Positions 38,464 through 47,492 of a DNA stretch of 64,000 nt are shown here, one piece after another. Source of the DNA: a virus (Duplodnaviria; Caudoviricetes); the IMG/VR virus record IMGVR_UViG_2895221163_000002, positions 1 through 64,000 of that record; one strand, given 5' to 3'. Positions within the stretch are counted from its first letter, which is position 1. Every line of letters starts with the position of its first letter. A program made the translations under genes and the position numbers. The notes under the pieces were generated by a model, which was given only the letters and a program-made list of their open reading frames with translations, had not been told where the DNA came from and did no database searches.

Positions 38464-38515
38464 TGTGCATGGTGCGCACAATTTAGGTTGACAGACAATG
38501 TGCACGAAATGCACA
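38464..38515 (+). promoter_or_regulatory. Two operator palindromes (OL-like) flanking TTGACA
   Basis: TGTGCATGGTGCGCACA and TGTGCACGAAATGCACA. Confidence 0.75.
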
Positions 38516-38549
38516 TTCCTCCCATCGCCACCCGCGATGGAGAGGTTTC

Positions 38550-38840
38550 ATGTCGTTTCAGTCGACCCGCGGACATCACTTGCGGTCCGCCCTGGACACG
38601 GTCCAGTGCTTTTTCCCAAAGATATTCCGTAGCTATCACCGCAGTCGCAGTCTTGCCCGTATAGCCGCGCTTCCGACCGAGGCGTTCCTCGCCCAGGCAG
38701 ACAGCTACGACAAACTCGCCCAGTTCTATGGCACCGCCCCTGCTGGCAATCCCCTCGCCGTCCTGTTCCGCGATCTCGCCGACAGATGGCGCTGCCGCGC
38801 CCCGTCACGCCAGATCGCGCATGATCGAGGTGCGGCATGA
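38550..38840 (+). CDS. Hypothetical early protein
   Basis: RBS GGAGAGG; first gene after the operators. Confidence 0.6.
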   Translation: MSFQSTRGHHLRSALDTVQCFFPKIFRSYHRSRSLARIAALPTEAFLAQADSYDKLAQFYGTAPAGNPLAVLFRDLADRWRCRAPSRQIAHDRGAA

Positions 38841-39262
38841 TCCGCAAGCCTCATCCCGCCGTTGGTGGACACACGCAGGAAAGCTTCGACGACTTCCTGC
38901 GCGGATATCATCCGGACATCCGTGAGCAGGCCCGCGACCTTCGGACGCGCATGGACTGGTGCCATATGTTGGCCAATGACTACGGCTCCATTGAGCCGCG
39001 AACTGAACGGTTCACTGTCATGGCGAAAACGTGGAGCGAGTCAGCCGACAGTCTGGAAGAGCAGCTCATACTGCTCCTTTATGCGAACCGGCTTCCGGAT
39101 CCTGTCCCGGGCATTCCGCCCGTCCCCGCCCATGCCGTTCAGAGCACGCCTCCTGTGGCACGTCAGTCCTCTCACGAAAGAGCGCGCCTGCGGACGTGGT
39201 GCGACAAGGCTGTCCGCAATCTGAGAGTGCTCGCCTACGCTGCACCGCGGGAGGGCTTGTGA
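38837..39262 (+). CDS. Hypothetical early protein
   Basis: ATGA coupling. Confidence 0.6.
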   Translation: MIRKPHPAVGGHTQESFDDFLRGYHPDIREQARDLRTRMDWCHMLANDYGSIEPRTERFTVMAKTWSESADSLEEQLILLLYANRLPDPVPGIPPVPAHAVQSTPPVARQSSHERARLRTWCDKAVRNLRVLAYAAPREGL

Positions 39263-39495
39263 TGGCCGGCAAACGTCGCAGCAACAAGCCATTCTCGATC
39301 TGTGATGGTCGAGGACAGATTGCTGCCCGCTACAGCACCCTCTGGCATGCCCATATGGCTGCTTCCGCATGGTGTCGGCAGAAGCGCGTCTCCGTCCCTG
39401 TCCGCAAGGGATGCAAGATCGTCGCCATTGCGCGCCCCATCGAGGGCGGTCGCGTCACGCTCGACTGGGGCGATGCCCAGGAGCTGGCGCTATGA
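39262..39495 (+). CDS. Hypothetical early protein
   Basis: Coupled ORF starting MAGKRR, with RBS. Confidence 0.55.
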   Translation: MAGKRRSNKPFSICDGRGQIAARYSTLWHAHMAASAWCRQKRVSVPVRKGCKIVAIARPIEGGRVTLDWGDAQELAL

Positions 39496-39962
39496 CCGTC
39501 ACGATCGTCGACATCCTTCAGGCGCTTCGTCGCAGGAAGGAGCCTGTTGCTGTAGCGGCTTTCTTTGAAATCCCAGAAACAGCCGTCCACGAGGTGTGGG
39601 ATAATCTGTTCGAGTGCGGGATTGCTGCCGCGACGGTGTATCCGGCCGAGGTTACCGAACCCGCCGTCGTCGAAACGAGCCCGCCAGAAGGCATCACTGA
39701 ACTGCCGCCCGCCAAGCCACGGCGAAAAGGCGATCCGCCCCCTACTGGACGCCCAAAAGGCGGACGGCCGGTGCCCAGCCACAGTTCCGACCCTTCAAAG
39801 ATGAGCCCTCTTCACCAGGAAATGCTCCGCCTCCTTAAAGAAGGGCGCGGTACCGCCGAAGTCTCCCGAATGCTGAACGTGACGACCGCCACGGTCTCGA
39901 CGCGTCGCCGGAAATTCGAGGACGCCAGCCTTCTCCCGGTCTCAAAATTCAGGAAACCCTGA
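39492..39962 (+). CDS. Protein with C-terminal LuxR-like HTH
   Basis: MLRLLKEGRGTAEVSRMLNVT..TV. Confidence 0.6.
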   Translation: MTVTIVDILQALRRRKEPVAVAAFFEIPETAVHEVWDNLFECGIAAATVYPAEVTEPAVVETSPPEGITELPPAKPRRKGDPPPTGRPKGGRPVPSHSSDPSKMSPLHQEMLRLLKEGRGTAEVSRMLNVTTATVSTRRRKFEDASLLPVSKFRKP

Positions 39963-39963
39963 C

Positions 39964-40644
39964 ATGTCTCGAATTCTCATTGAGGCTCGCGCACTGGCGT
40001 TTGCTTCATTTGCCGTTAACCCCGACAGCAATCGCTACCATCTGCGTGGAGTGCGGATTGAGCATCATGCCGGTCATGCCGTCTGTATTGCCACTGATGG
40101 CCTCATGCTGCTGTTTGCGCGGTCTTCCTTCCAGACGGATCCGTTCGAGCCATTCACCCTGAATTTTCGCAAGAGCGGGCGCCTGTTCGTCTGCGCGCGC
40201 AAGATGGGTCCCATGGTCTCAATCACTATCGGTCCGGATGGAGAGGCGGTCTGGGCAATCGAGCGCATGAACGGCACCGTGATCGAACGCGGGTTCGTTG
40301 AATTGCTGGATGCTGAAGATCAGTTTCCCGAATGGCGGGCCCTTCTGCCTCGTAGTCCTGTTCCTGTCTCACCAATGCCGATCGATGTCTGGCACAAGCC
40401 GATACGCTGGCTCTGCCGCGCCGTCGATAATTATCAAGGTGACGTTGCCTGCACACTCCGTCTGGCCTCCCCAGGTCCGGGACAACCGATTGTTGCCGTT
40501 CTGCCCGCCACGCCAGGAGTCGGCGGCCTGATCGTCCCCGTCTCATGCGAGCAAGGCATGGAGATCGTTTTCCCTGACTGGACGATGCTGGAGCCACAGA
40601 ACGGAGAGGCAGCCAAAGACCCGGTCGTGGAGGATGCAGCATGA
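39964..40644 (+). CDS. Truncated DNA polymerase III beta-clamp-like protein
   Basis: RYHLRGVRIE..IATDG and FPEWRALLP resemble DnaN RYYLNG..VATDG and FPDYRRVLP. Confidence 0.72.
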   Translation: MSRILIEARALAFASFAVNPDSNRYHLRGVRIEHHAGHAVCIATDGLMLLFARSSFQTDPFEPFTLNFRKSGRLFVCARKMGPMVSITIGPDGEAVWAIERMNGTVIERGFVELLDAEDQFPEWRALLPRSPVPVSPMPIDVWHKPIRWLCRAVDNYQGDVACTLRLASPGPGQPIVAVLPATPGVGGLIVPVSCEQGMEIVFPDWTMLEPQNGEAAKDPVVEDAA

Positions 40645-40853
40645 GGACGTCTTCTGATTTCCGAAGCCTGCGCGCCCAAGCGGCCTGCATGGGCTGGAAG
40701 CCATCAAAGACCAATGGCGGCCACATCCGCTGGCGTCATGCGTGCGGTGCAATTGTATTCGCCCCGTCCACCCCAAGTGATTGCCGTTCACGCAAAAACA
40801 CTCTGGCACAATTGAAGCGCTCCACTCCCGCGCTGAAAGCACAGGCATCATGA
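40641..40853 (+). CDS. HicA-like small protein
   Basis: GW....GGH.RW.H..G..V..STPSD. Confidence 0.65.
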   Translation: MRTSSDFRSLRAQAACMGWKPSKTNGGHIRWRHACGAIVFAPSTPSDCRSRKNTLAQLKRSTPALKAQAS

Positions 40854-41404
40854 GCAAGATCCTGATCACAAAGGCCGGTCAGGACGTTCTGGCCCGGAAA
40901 ATGAAGCACGCCCTTGATACAGCATTGCTGGAGGGGCCTCGGACGACTGAAGAGATCATGATCTCTCTGGTGGTCCTGCTGATTGGCGGAAAATATGACT
41001 ACAAGGTCATACTGGACCGCATCACGGGCCAGGATGGTGACGGCGGATTTCGTCGCATGGAGCAGGTCGACGTCGAGGACATAGCGATAGAGACGATCCA
41101 GCGTCTCACGCAGATCATTCCTCCGTACAAGCGCACAAGCGCTGGCCGACCGGATGAATCCTGTCAGGTCGGCGAACTGATCGGTGCGATCGTCAACGCC
41201 GACACCTATCTGCCGAACATGGCGACTGAGGACGTCCTGACACACGTTCCCAGGCACACACTTCTGGAACTCATCCCCGCAGATTCTGGCCCAGAGAAGC
41301 ATGTCAGGCGCGCGAAGCTTGGAGATCTCCGCGCCATGATCGTGGAGGCGAAAGCCGAATGGCACCCCACGTCCTTCAGCTCATTCACGGAGGATCTGTC
41401 ATGA
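40850..41404 (+). CDS. Hypothetical phage protein
   Basis: ATGA-coupled ORF. Confidence 0.6.
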   Translation: MSKILITKAGQDVLARKMKHALDTALLEGPRTTEEIMISLVVLLIGGKYDYKVILDRITGQDGDGGFRRMEQVDVEDIAIETIQRLTQIIPPYKRTSAGRPDESCQVGELIGAIVNADTYLPNMATEDVLTHVPRHTLLELIPADSGPEKHVRRAKLGDLRAMIVEAKAEWHPTSFSSFTEDLS

Positions 41405-41525
41405 AGAGCTTCCTGAAGCAAATCTGGCGCGTCTTTAGCGCGAAGCTCGCGCTGCCTAAGCGGTGGGCTGAAGACGAATATCAGGGCAGCGACATTCATA
41501 TGGATAACTGGTGAGTTCGTGACTG

Positions 41526-41921
41526 ATGAAGATTGATGAAATTCCTAAAGTCTACACCGTCAACGATCTTCTGGATCACCTGAAGGGTCGTATCGGTCGG
41601 GGAAAACTGATGCAGCACCTTTCTCAAGTCCCTGAGTTCGGCGATGGCCCCACGCACCGTCGCTGGTCCAACCGGATCGTTTTTTATCCCGAAGATATTA
41701 CCCGTCTGCTGTCGAGCCTCGAATGTCCCTTAAAATCGTCAAACGCCACAACACGAACAACCTCTATATCCGCGGCACCATCCGGGGCACGAGCGTATGC
41801 GAAAGCACTGGAACTTCTGACCCCACGCGGGCGGAAGAATTCCGTGCCAAGCGCGAGGCCGAACTCTGGACCGAGAGCATCTATGGCAAGAAGGCAACCG
41901 TCACATTCGCCCATGCCGTAG
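41526..41921 (+). CDS. Excisionase-like protein (prophage A)
   Basis: Directly upstream of and overlapping int; homologous to 45618-45992. Confidence 0.6.
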   Translation: MKIDEIPKVYTVNDLLDHLKGRIGRGKLMQHLSQVPEFGDGPTHRRWSNRIVFYPEDITRLLSSLECPLKSSNATTRTTSISAAPSGARAYAKALELLTPRGRKNSVPSARPNSGPRASMARRQPSHSPMP

Positions 41922-42832
41922 CGGCCTATCTGGAGGCAGAGGAACGATCAGAGACGACCAAGTTCCACCTCCGCCGCCTTCTGAACTATTTCGGCACCAC
42001 GCGACTGATCGAGATTGCACAGCCTCAGCTGGACGATGCCTATCGCAAGATTCTACGGGACGGTATTGCCGCCAGCTCCGCCACAAAAATGCGCGGCGTG
42101 CTGACACCATTGCGCGCTGTTCTAGAGTTCGCCGCGATTCGCCAATGGTGCGATCGACCGGCTTTCGACACGCCCCGCATTCAACGCGGTCGAACAACCT
42201 ATCTGAAGCCGGCCGAGGTCAGGCGTCTGATTGACGCCGCCGCCCCTCACCTGAAGCCGCTGCTGACGTTCTTGGTCGGAACAGGCGTCAGGATGTCCGA
42301 AGCGTTGGATCTGGAATGGAAGGACGTTGATCTGCGCGGGAAACAGGCTGTCGTCTGGCAAAAGCAGGGGAATGAACGCAGACTGGAGCTTGTGCCAGTA
42401 GTGATGGAAGCGCTTAAAGCCCTGCCCCACCGACACGGCCACGTTTTCCGTCCGGTCCAGATCCGTAGACGATTCAAGGGAGCCGATCCGGAGAGGATTA
42501 TTGGCGAGCGCTACCATAACAACGGCCGCACTAGCGGTGGGCAGATTAAATCAGGTTGGGCGGCCGCATGTCGCAAAGCTAAGCTGCCAGGAAAATTCCG
42601 GGTCTGGATCCCCAAAGGCGAAACCACAGAGCGCCGCGTCTTCGTCCCTGACATCACTCCTCACGATCTCCGCCATACCTGGGCCACCTGGCATTACTGT
42701 CTACACAAAGATCTCCTCCGTCTGAAAGACGAAGGAGGCTGGAGCACGATCAATATGGTGACGCGGTATGCGAAGCAGATGTCTATTGTCTATATTGCTG
42801 AAGTCAAAGAATTTATATCATCTTATAAGTGA
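41723..42832 (+). CDS. int: Tyrosine integrase (prophage A)
   Basis: TGVRMSEAL, HDLRHTWATW, GGW..MV.RY. Confidence 0.93.
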   Translation: MSLKIVKRHNTNNLYIRGTIRGTSVCESTGTSDPTRAEEFRAKREAELWTESIYGKKATVTFAHAVAAYLEAEERSETTKFHLRRLLNYFGTTRLIEIAQPQLDDAYRKILRDGIAASSATKMRGVLTPLRAVLEFAAIRQWCDRPAFDTPRIQRGRTTYLKPAEVRRLIDAAAPHLKPLLTFLVGTGVRMSEALDLEWKDVDLRGKQAVVWQKQGNERRLELVPVVMEALKALPHRHGHVFRPVQIRRRFKGADPERIIGERYHNNGRTSGGQIKSGWAAACRKAKLPGKFRVWIPKGETTERRVFVPDITPHDLRHTWATWHYCLHKDLLRLKDEGGWSTINMVTRYAKQMSIVYIAEVKEFISSYK

Positions 42833-42835
42833 CAG

Positions 42836-43366
42836 TTAATCATTCTTATACTCCTCACTAAAAAGTGCATGTGATCTTTTTGTTACCATAAGTAAATTAA
42901 GTAGGAAATGAGAATAAATAAATGCGGATATGTCGGAATATAAAATTCTATTAGACATTTTTGTTTGAGTTAATATGGAATACACCAGAATAAAATAAAC
43001 AAGAGATATTATACATATAAAAACAAGATAAGATATATTACAATCCACTTCGTTTATAAGCTTATTTCTGATTTCAAACTTATACTCTACTATGATATTC
43101 TCATCTGAATTTTTTGACCACTTCCTAGTAAATATGCCAAAGATTGCAACTTGTATGTTCAATAGCAGTGCTATAAAAATCCCAAAGAATGTTATTGATG
43201 TATTATAAAAATCTTTGTCAAAGCGAATATGTAATAAATTTATAATTACCCCAAATATTATTGGCACCACAAAGAAAATAAAAACATCAAAATTGTTAAT
43301 TTTTTTATTTTCATCTCGCAAGGTATTAAAGTGGTCTATAACAATATCTGTCATGGAGATTTTCAT
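42836..43366 (-). CDS. Four-TM membrane protein, candidate defence effector
   Basis: Four hydrophobic segments; very AT-rich; ATGA-coupled to the upstream gene. Confidence 0.72.
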   Translation of the reverse strand: MKISMTDIVIDHFNTLRDENKKINNFDVFIFFVVPIIFGVIINLLHIRFDKDFYNTSITFFGIFIALLLNIQVAIFGIFTRKWSKNSDENIIVEYKFEIRNKLINEVDCNISYLVFICIISLVYFILVYSILTQTKMSNRILYSDISAFIYSHFLLNLLMVTKRSHALFSEEYKND

Positions 43367-44274
43367 TCTTTTTTACCTATAAATCTATGAGAGATGCTCC
43401 TTTGTATCTCGGCAGATTGTTGAACTAGACTCTGCAAGGTCGGATGGCCATTAGGCGAAAAATCAACATCTTCTGAAATATCTATCAGGCCAGCATCTTT
43501 ATTGATTCCAAAAATAGAAACTTTACGTGTTTTTCCACCAATATTTATGCTTGCATCAGCCTCGTTAAAATCTATTCCGGAGCAAGTTATTAGAGATCCT
43601 TCAGAGTGCCTGAACTTTTCTACTACTTCTCCAAGAATGCCTATTTTCTGCTTTCGTCTAGCTGAGATGGTTAGTTCAATGTCTACTGACTCTGGCATTG
43701 TGTTTACAAGAAGATCAGCGATATCCGTGCTTGTGTTTCTTTTTATGAAAGTAACTTTTTTGACAGGAGAGTCCTTTAGAACACCATCTGTAAAATCCTG
43801 AGGAATTACTCTTTGGAACCATAGTTTGTATCCGGGATGAGTCCTTTCGAACCACTCTCGCAATACAGTCCAAGTCAATGACACGCACGATTTGCCCGAA
43901 AAAGTTTGTAGAGATAGAAATATGTTTCTATCATCAGGCATCCAAAAATCATAGAAAAGAGGTATTTCTTCGACGTCTGATGACTTTCTAGCATATTTTT
44001 TAGTCTTGGTTCTAAGGTCTTTTATAGTGCTCTCATATCCAAAGGTGCCATAATCTATATATCCATATATTCTATTTGGATCATTATTAAGTTTTTCAAT
44101 TACCCAGCTTCTCTCAGTTTTGTGGTCTGCAACATGAGTATTTTGTCCCTGAATGAATTCACTAACAAAATTCACCAGCTCGTTGTTCTTTTTGTATTTT
44201 ACTTTTTCTACTGGGTTACTGGATTCCTCGTAAACGCTTATAGCATAAATGCGTAGACCAATTGATGCGGGCAT
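43363..44274 (-). CDS. Soluble hypothetical protein, candidate defence sensor
   Basis: 303-aa AT-rich ORF with no motif I recognise with certainty. Confidence 0.72.
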   Translation of the reverse strand: MPASIGLRIYAISVYEESSNPVEKVKYKKNNELVNFVSEFIQGQNTHVADHKTERSWVIEKLNNDPNRIYGYIDYGTFGYESTIKDLRTKTKKYARKSSDVEEIPLFYDFWMPDDRNIFLSLQTFSGKSCVSLTWTVLREWFERTHPGYKLWFQRVIPQDFTDGVLKDSPVKKVTFIKRNTSTDIADLLVNTMPESVDIELTISARRKQKIGILGEVVEKFRHSEGSLITCSGIDFNEADASINIGGKTRKVSIFGINKDAGLIDISEDVDFSPNGHPTLQSLVQQSAEIQRSISHRFIGKKE

Positions 44275-44578
44275 AGTCTATTTCCAAATCCCTCGAAGTG
44301 TTCGCCGAGGCTAACTCATGTTTCAAACTAAGACTATATGAATCGCAAACCAAATTTTTCTCTGACTTCTTTGGTTTATGGCTAAATTCATTTCAGGAAT
44401 ATGAAATGAATTGGACGCGATAAGAATCGCCTTAGAGCGCACAAGTCTTCAGGGGTATCCGGATTTTCTCCAGATTCATCGCCGATTCAAACAGGCAGAT
44501 TCAATCTGAAACGACATATAGATAAAGTCTGAACATCATCACTGATGATGAATTATATGTATTTTTAAGGAGTTAGGA

Positions 44579-44626
44579 TGGTGGGCGCGACAGGGATTGA
44601 ACCTGTGACCCCTGCCGTGTGAAGGC
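44579..44626 (-). tRNA. 3' half of tRNA-Val(CAC): truncated copy forming the att core
   Basis: Minus strand GCC-TTCACAC-GGCAGGGGTC-ACAGG-TTCAATC-CCTGT-CGCGCCC-ACCA; 5' half and D-arm absent; adjacent to an integrase. Confidence 0.88.
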
Positions 44627-44670
44627 GAAGGAGGCCTTCTGTAAGTATCTGATAAACAGATATTTTAGTT

Positions 44671-45798
44671 CTAATTTCCTTTGCGGGCACCGATTTGGCA
44701 CGTCAGGACAATATCAGGCCAGTCCGTGTGTGCAAGCCAGCGGATCACGCCTTCCCGATGATAGTCAGGCATCTTCTTGGCATAGCGTGTCACGATCCCA
44801 ATCGTCTGCCAGCCCCCCTCTTCCTTTAGTCGTAATAGATCTCGATGAATGCAGTAGTGCCACGTCGCCCATGTATGGCGCAGGCAATGCGGTGTGAGGT
44901 CGGGCACGAAAGTCCGTTTCTCTGTGAGAGATCCTTTGGGTATCCAGATTCTCTCTCGGCCGGGCAGACCAGATCTCTTGCAGGCGTAAGCCCAAGCATT
45001 CTTGATCTGACCGCCACCATTGCGTCCGGTGTCATGGTACGCGTCGCCCATCGCTTGGCCGCGATATGGCCTAAATACCCTTCCCTCTCTGTGTGGTAGT
45101 CCACTTAAAGCCAGCACGACAACGGGCGGCAAATCAATGTGACGTTCTGTATCCTGTTTTTGCCATACTACGACGCGTGCGGCTGGCAGATCCACGTCTC
45201 GCCAATCCAATTCCAACGCTTCAGACATGCGAGCGCCAGTGCCGATCAGGAATACGAGCAGCGGCCGTACATGGGGCGCGGCCTCATTTACCAGGTCCGT
45301 TGCCTCGTTTGGTCTCAGGAACTGCATTTTCGTACGGGGGATCTTCGGGCTTGCGAAGGCTGGCTTGTCGCACCAGTCTCTCAGCGCTGCAAATTCTAGA
45401 ATGGCCCGAAGGGGAGTTAAAACGCCCCGGAGCTTTGTGGCCGGAGCTGCTGCCGCTCCCTTCGAGAGAATGGCTTTATATGCCTGGTCGACGTCTTCTT
45501 GCTTGATGGCATTCAGCTTGCGCGTACCAAAATGCCGCAGTAGCCGTTCGATATGAAACAACGTCGTCTCGCTCCGCTGTTCAGCCTCCAGATAAGCTGA
45601 AACGGCGGATGCAAAAGTTACGACCGCGCGTTTGCCGTAGACTGATTCTTCCCAGAGTTCCGCTTCCCGTTTTGCTCTGAAAGCCTCTGCCTGCTGCGGG
45701 TCAGGTGTGCCAGCGCATTCGTATATGCTTTGTCCTCGGACGGTTCCGCGGATGTAAAGCGATTCGCGGCCTTTCCGCTTGACGACTGACAGGGGCAT
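44671..45798 (-). CDS. int: Tyrosine integrase (prophage B)
   Basis: TGARMSEAL, HCLRHTWATW, GGW..IV.RY; ends ~45 bp from the att core. Confidence 0.93.
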   Translation of the reverse strand: MPLSVVKRKGRESLYIRGTVRGQSIYECAGTPDPQQAEAFRAKREAELWEESVYGKRAVVTFASAVSAYLEAEQRSETTLFHIERLLRHFGTRKLNAIKQEDVDQAYKAILSKGAAAAPATKLRGVLTPLRAILEFAALRDWCDKPAFASPKIPRTKMQFLRPNEATDLVNEAAPHVRPLLVFLIGTGARMSEALELDWRDVDLPAARVVVWQKQDTERHIDLPPVVVLALSGLPHREGRVFRPYRGQAMGDAYHDTGRNGGGQIKNAWAYACKRSGLPGRERIWIPKGSLTEKRTFVPDLTPHCLRHTWATWHYCIHRDLLRLKEEGGWQTIGIVTRYAKKMPDYHREGVIRWLAHTDWPDIVLTCQIGARKGN

Positions 45799-45992
45799 TC
45801 TAGGCTTTCGATAAGGGTTCGGATGTCTTCAGGACGAAACATGATTTTGATGCCGATACGGCGGTGGGTCGGTGCTCCGTTAAACTCGGGCACTTGTTTG
45901 AGGTGATGCAACAGTTTCGTGCGCCCGATGACGCCCTGTAGGTCATCAGCGAGAACTGAAGCCATGCTTCGGAGAACTATGCGATCACTCAT
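45618..45992 (-). CDS. Excisionase-like protein (prophage B)
   Basis: IGRTKL..HL.QVPEF...PTHRR, shared with the prophage A homolog. Confidence 0.6.
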   Translation of the reverse strand: MSDRIVLRSMASVLADDLQGVIGRTKLLHHLKQVPEFNGAPTHRRIGIKIMFRPEDIRTLIESLECPCQSSSGKAANRFTSAEPSEDKAYTNALAHLTRSRQRLSEQNGKRNSGKNQSTANARS

Positions 45993-46165
45993 GCCCGTTC
46001 CTCCGCGTCCATAGCTGCGTCGATGGCGGCGCGGAATGAAGCGCGCCAATTACCGCCTCGGACGTCCCACTCCACACCTTTGGTGGAATCATTCCATCTT
46101 GATCGGGCCCGCGCGCAGTTCTGATCAAACCAATCGAGCAGTTCTGTGTCTGTGCGCTCGCTCAT
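45989..46165 (-). CDS. Small phage protein
   Basis: MSERTDTELLDW..RAAIDAAM; ATGA-coupled. Confidence 0.55.
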   Translation of the reverse strand: MSERTDTELLDWFDQNCARARSRWNDSTKGVEWDVRGGNWRASFRAAIDAAMDAEERA

Positions 46166-46410
46166 GCGTAACGGCTCCCGAAGTCCGTCAGGTCCACCGA
46201 GATCTTCCCGGCGAAAGACGGGGCGCTGACGGTGGCGACCAGACGGCTGCCGAGATAGATGTCGTGAGCGCAGATCGTGCGGCGCGTGTCTTCTTTGGCG
46301 CGGCGTTCGGCGTCCCGGTATTCGGCAAAGCCCTGATCCCGCTGTGGGCTGGGCCGCATTCCCAGCAGAGTGACGCGAAAGAGGTCCGGCGATCGGGATG
46401 ACGCTCTCAT
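46162..46410 (-). CDS. Hypothetical early protein
   Basis: GGAGG RBS; coupled ORF. Confidence 0.5.
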   Translation of the reverse strand: MRASSRSPDLFRVTLLGMRPSPQRDQGFAEYRDAERRAKEDTRRTICAHDIYLGSRLVATVSAPSFAGKISVDLTDFGSRYA

Positions 46411-46533
46411 GGCGCCTCCTTCGGGCCGAGCCCCTGCATCCACGCGTCAGCCTTGGCGATGACAAGCCCGGTGATGATCCCTGCCCCATACAACCCGGCA
46501 ACCAGCGCGCACGGGAGGAGCACGTCTATGACT

Positions 46534-46998
46534 TCAGTGGACATCGCGCCCTCCCGGAAGAAGATCCGTGCAGAAGCGCAGGAAGCTCGCGATGCGAAGA
46601 CCGCGGACTTGCGGGGCGGAATGCTCCAGCAGCTCGTCCAGCGTCTGCGGGCCGATCACAACAGGCGGCTCGGGAAACGGCACCGGATCGGCCGGGCGCG
46701 TTGCGTGCAGTAGAGCGATCAGTTCGTTCTCTACTTCGTTCGCGGTCTGGGCATAGGCCTTGGCGATGCCTGCGTTGGGCGCATCTTTGGCCCGTTCCCG
46801 CGCATAGATCAGGCAGACACGTTTCTCACGTGCCTTGCCCTGAACGGCGACAGACCGGTCGGACAGATATTCTGTGAACGTGCGATCCGTATGACCCCGC
46901 AGCAGAGGGTGAAGCGGGCGCAGTAAGGGAACGGAAGCGGCAGCCCTGAGGCTGATGGTTGCGTGAGACTGGCGCGTCTCACCTGCGGGCAATGACAT
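46534..46998 (-). CDS. Hypothetical early protein
   Basis: First gene after the operators; GGAGA RBS. Confidence 0.55.
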   Translation of the reverse strand: MSLPAGETRQSHATISLRAAASVPLLRPLHPLLRGHTDRTFTEYLSDRSVAVQGKAREKRVCLIYARERAKDAPNAGIAKAYAQTANEVENELIALLHATRPADPVPFPEPPVVIGPQTLDELLEHSAPQVRGLRIASFLRFCTDLLPGGRDVH

Positions 46999-47030
46999 AT
47001 CGATCTCCATCGCGTTGGTGCGATGGAGAT

Positions 47031-47084
47031 AGTTTCACCAGAAGAAACTTATTGGTCAATAAAAAATTTCATCAGAAGAAATTT
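47031..47084. promoter_or_regulatory. Two operator repeats (OL-like) of prophage B
   Basis: AGTTTCACCAGAAGAAACT and AATTTCATCAGAAGAAATT. Confidence 0.72.
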
Positions 47085-47085
47085 C

Positions 47086-47436
47086 TTACTTTCCTTTCAT
47101 TGCTTTTCCAGCATTGATCCACGCATCAAATGCTCCGGCGTCCAAGCTGGCTGCCAATGCAGCAGCCTCTTTATATCGCTGTGACATATCAAGCTCAGAA
47201 GGATCGAAAAGAAGAGATTCTGGGGTAGTTTCAAGAATTTCTGCCACCCGCACGAATTGCGATAACGTCATATTAACCTTGCCATTCAGCCATTTAGAGA
47301 CTGATGGTTCGGACATATCTAATGCTTCAGCCAATTTCCGTTGCGTATATCCCTTGAGCTTCATCCATGCCTTAACAAACCGCAGAGTATGTCGGTTTTT
47401 GGCGACTTCTTGAGGGGAGAGCTCTTTCTCGATCAT
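47086..47436 (-). CDS. CI-like XRE repressor
   Basis: GYTQRKLAEALDMSEPSVSKWLNG. Confidence 0.85.
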   Translation of the reverse strand: MIEKELSPQEVAKNRHTLRFVKAWMKLKGYTQRKLAEALDMSEPSVSKWLNGKVNMTLSQFVRVAEILETTPESLLFDPSELDMSQRYKEAAALAASLDAGAFDAWINAGKAMKGK

Positions 47437-47492
47437 GCTGCCATTTTGGCGGCTAAAGCGTAAAAGCGGGATGCCTCCACATGAAAACTTTC

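Larger units (their letters stand above)
1..44578. mobile_element. Prophage A (lambda-like head, Mu-like contractile tail); left boundary not visible
   Basis: Contiguous lysis, tail, head, terminase, replication, CI/Cro and xis-int modules; right edge placed at the tRNA-Val fragment; including umuC and OLD is inferred. Confidence 0.88.

Noticed and set aside
44579-44626. Intact tRNA-Val gene
   Set aside because: Only the anticodon loop to CCA is present; the sequence beyond 44626 gives no D-arm or 5' acceptor strand, so it is treated as an att remnant
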